The notes beneath the pieces were generated by a model. The model had not been told where the DNA came from, did no database searches, and saw only the letters and a program-made list of their open reading frames with translations. A stretch of 61,719 bases of DNA, the filler included, from a bacterium UBP13_UBA5359 (GTDB lineage Bacteria; UBP13; UBA5359), in NCBI GenBank assembly GCA_002410925.1. It is 4 parts of 4 records of this genome, joined end to end, with 100 filler letters (N's around TTAATTAATTAA, not from the genome) between each part and the next. Parts side by side here need not be neighbours in the genome. Positions count along the whole stretch, not along the records: positions 30,846 to 61,719 come from DHPR01000018.1; 3 more parts are not named here. One strand, written 5' to 3'. The first letter of the stretch is position 1; every line of letters begins with the position of its first letter. Shown piece after piece: positions 59,910 through 61,719 of the stretch. The position numbers and the translations under genes were made by a program.

Positions 59910-60467
59910 ATGATATCTCTGCTGATAACGGTGGCACTGGTTTTACTGCTGGCGCTGGTAATTATAGGAATTTACAACGGGCTGGTAATAATGAGAACCC
60001 GGGTGGAAGAGGCTTGGAGCGATATCGATGTCCAGCTTAAGAGACGTCATGATCTGATTCCCAATCTGGTGGAAACGGTCAAAGGATATGCCCGGCATGA
60101 AGCCGGTGTATTTGAGAGTGTCACTCAGGCTCGAGCAGCGGCAGTTTCCGCCGGCAGCGTAGGAGAGAAAGCACAGGCCGAAAACATGTTAACCGGTGCT
60201 CTAAGAAGCTTGTTTGCAGTGGCCGAGGCTTATCCCGAACTAAGAGCTTCTGAGAATTTCACACGCCTACAGGAAGACCTGGCTGATACAGAGAATAAGA
60301 TCATGGCTTCACGGCGTTTCTACAATGGCGTGACGCGAGATTATAACATAAGAAGAGAGACTTTCCCCAGCAATATTATAGCTAATGCCTTTGGCTTTAC
60401 ACGACGTGACTTCTTTGAGATAGAAGATGAAGCTAGCCGAGAAAACGTAGAGGTTAAATTCGATTGA
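59910..60467 (+). CDS. lemA: LemA family protein
   Basis: [43 protein letters not shown]. Confidence 0.96.
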   Translation: MISLLITVALVLLLALVIIGIYNGLVIMRTRVEEAWSDIDVQLKRRHDLIPNLVETVKGYARHEAGVFESVTQARAAAVSAGSVGEKAQAENMLTGALRSLFAVAEAYPELRASENFTRLQEDLADTENKIMASRRFYNGVTRDYNIRRETFPSNIIANAFGFTRRDFFEIEDEASRENVEVKFD

Positions 60468-61357
60468 CAATCTACAGCGAGATCGATTCCAATAAAAAAC
60501 GTACCTGGTTGCTGATTTTCGGTTTTTTTATTTTTATCATTGTCCTGGGATGGGTCTTCGGCCGTGCCTTCGATGAACCGCTGATCCTGGTAGGAGCAGT
60601 GATCTTTGCTGCGATACAGGCGTTGGTAAGTTATTACCGCAGCACGGAGATTGTCCTGGCTATCTCCGGAGCCCACCCCGTCAGCGAACAGCAGGACCCT
60701 GATCTTTATCATATTCTGGAGAATCTCTCTATTACAGCGGGAATCCCTATGCCCAAGCTGTATATGATAGAGGATACGGCCACCAATGCCTTTGCCACAG
60801 GGCGTGATCCTCAACATGCAGCCGTTGCCGTCACCAAAGGATTAAGAGAAAAGCTCACTCGTACGGAATTGGAAGGTGTGCTGGCGCACGAGCTGTCACA
60901 TGTACGCAATTACGATATTCGACTAATGACGGTGGTCGTCGTTCTGGTGGGGACAGTGGCTCTGCTTTCAGATTGGTTTCTGCGCTGGAGTTTCTGGGGA
61001 GGACGCAGGCGCCGCTCAGATGGCGGTGGTCAGGGAGAGCTGATTTTAATGCTCATTGCTCTGGTGCTGGCCATACTGGCGCCAATATCGGCAGTGCTTA
61101 TCCAGCTGGCTATCTCTCGACGGCGCGAATATCTGGCTGATGCCGACGGTGCCCTGTTGACACGTTATCCGGAAGGGCTGGCCAGTGCTCTGGAGAAGAT
61201 AGCCGCTGATATGGAGCCACTGGAGACTGCCAATAAGGCCACGGCTCATCTTTATATAGAGAATCCTCTCAAAGGACATCGTAGCGTAATGAACAGTCTC
61301 TTTTCCACTCATCCTCCGGTAGCTGAGAGGATAAAACGCCTCCGATCCATGCTCTAG
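60464..61357 (+). CDS. htpX: Zinc metalloprotease HtpX (M48)
   Basis: [31 protein letters not shown]; follows lemA. Confidence 0.93.
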   Translation: MTIYSEIDSNKKRTWLLIFGFFIFIIVLGWVFGRAFDEPLILVGAVIFAAIQALVSYYRSTEIVLAISGAHPVSEQQDPDLYHILENLSITAGIPMPKLYMIEDTATNAFATGRDPQHAAVAVTKGLREKLTRTELEGVLAHELSHVRNYDIRLMTVVVVLVGTVALLSDWFLRWSFWGGRRRRSDGGGQGELILMLIALVLAILAPISAVLIQLAISRRREYLADADGALLTRYPEGLASALEKIAADMEPLETANKATAHLYIENPLKGHRSVMNSLFSTHPPVAERIKRLRSML

Positions 61358-61366
61358 AATAGATCG

Positions 61367-61528
61367 CTAATCCAGCGGCGAAAATTCCGTCTTGCCGACA
61401 CCGCAGACAGGGCAGACCCAATCTTCCGGAAGATCCTCAAAGGTGCGTCCCGGCTCTATGCCGCTTTCAGGATCCCCCAAATCCGGATTGTAAATATAGC
61501 CGCAAACATTGCATACATATCTCTTCAT
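61367..61528 (-). CDS. Rubredoxin (53 aa)
   Basis: Missed by the ORF track. [62 protein letters not shown]. Confidence 0.96.
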   Translation of the reverse strand: MKRYVCNVCGYIYNPDLGDPESGIEPGRTFEDLPEDWVCPVCGVGKTEFSPLD

Positions 61529-61641
61529 ATTATCCTCCCAATGTTAACTTTTCAGGCGAAGCAATGTTACGCACAGACCTGTCTGCTTCGGACTTCAGGT
61601 CTGCGTCCTCCGAGTGCACGATGCGCTCGGAGGACGCCGGG

Positions 61642-61719
61642 CTATGCTGCCTTGGCCAATGCCAGCTTACCCTCGGTATCTGTTTCAACCTCTATGGTAT
61701 CGCCGGGTCCTATTTCACG
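61642..61719 (-). CDS. C-terminal fragment, probably of a ClpB/ClpC-type AAA+ chaperone
   Basis: REIGPGDTIEVETDTEGKLALAKAA-stop at the window edge. Confidence 0.45.
   Translation of the reverse strand, partial: REIGPGDTIEVETDTEGKLALAKAA

Overview
Bacterial draft-genome window (Bacillota-like signals: strong GGAGG RBSs, sigma-A promoters, rpsF-ssb-rpsR-DUF2232 order; probably an anaerobe). It is built from at least four contigs joined by N-TTAATTAATTAA-N linkers (15858, 23222, 30790) and has two further N gaps, so gene order across those joins is not biological. Housekeeping content: cell-wall amidase, ftsH, ROK kinase, PGI/PMI, rpsF-ssb-rpsR with its S6:S18 leader, iscU, three tRNAs, hisD-HAD-hisB-hisA-hisF (no hisH), a TPP-riboswitch thiE-(thiH/hydG)-thiS-thiG-thiC-panC operon, thyX, lemA-htpX and rubredoxin. 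Accessory content: two carbohydrate-catabolism gene runs, an amino-sugar/glycosyltransferase cluster containing a beta-keto-acid cleavage enzyme, and a RAYT transposase with its own ~25-bp repeat family beside tRNA-Arg. The most striking locus is 40389-47420 (- strand): four 21-bp-periodic LytTR-type boxes, a lamin-tail-domain gene, an unannotated 20-aa ORF (MKLTVIRTGKPGPLGCVILR), a radical SAM/SPASM enzyme, an orphan peptide-binding protein, a dCache-HAMP-PAS histidine kinase and a LytTR regulator. I infer this is a candidate autoinducing, RiPP-based quorum-sensing circuit. All family assignments come from motif recognition, not database searches.
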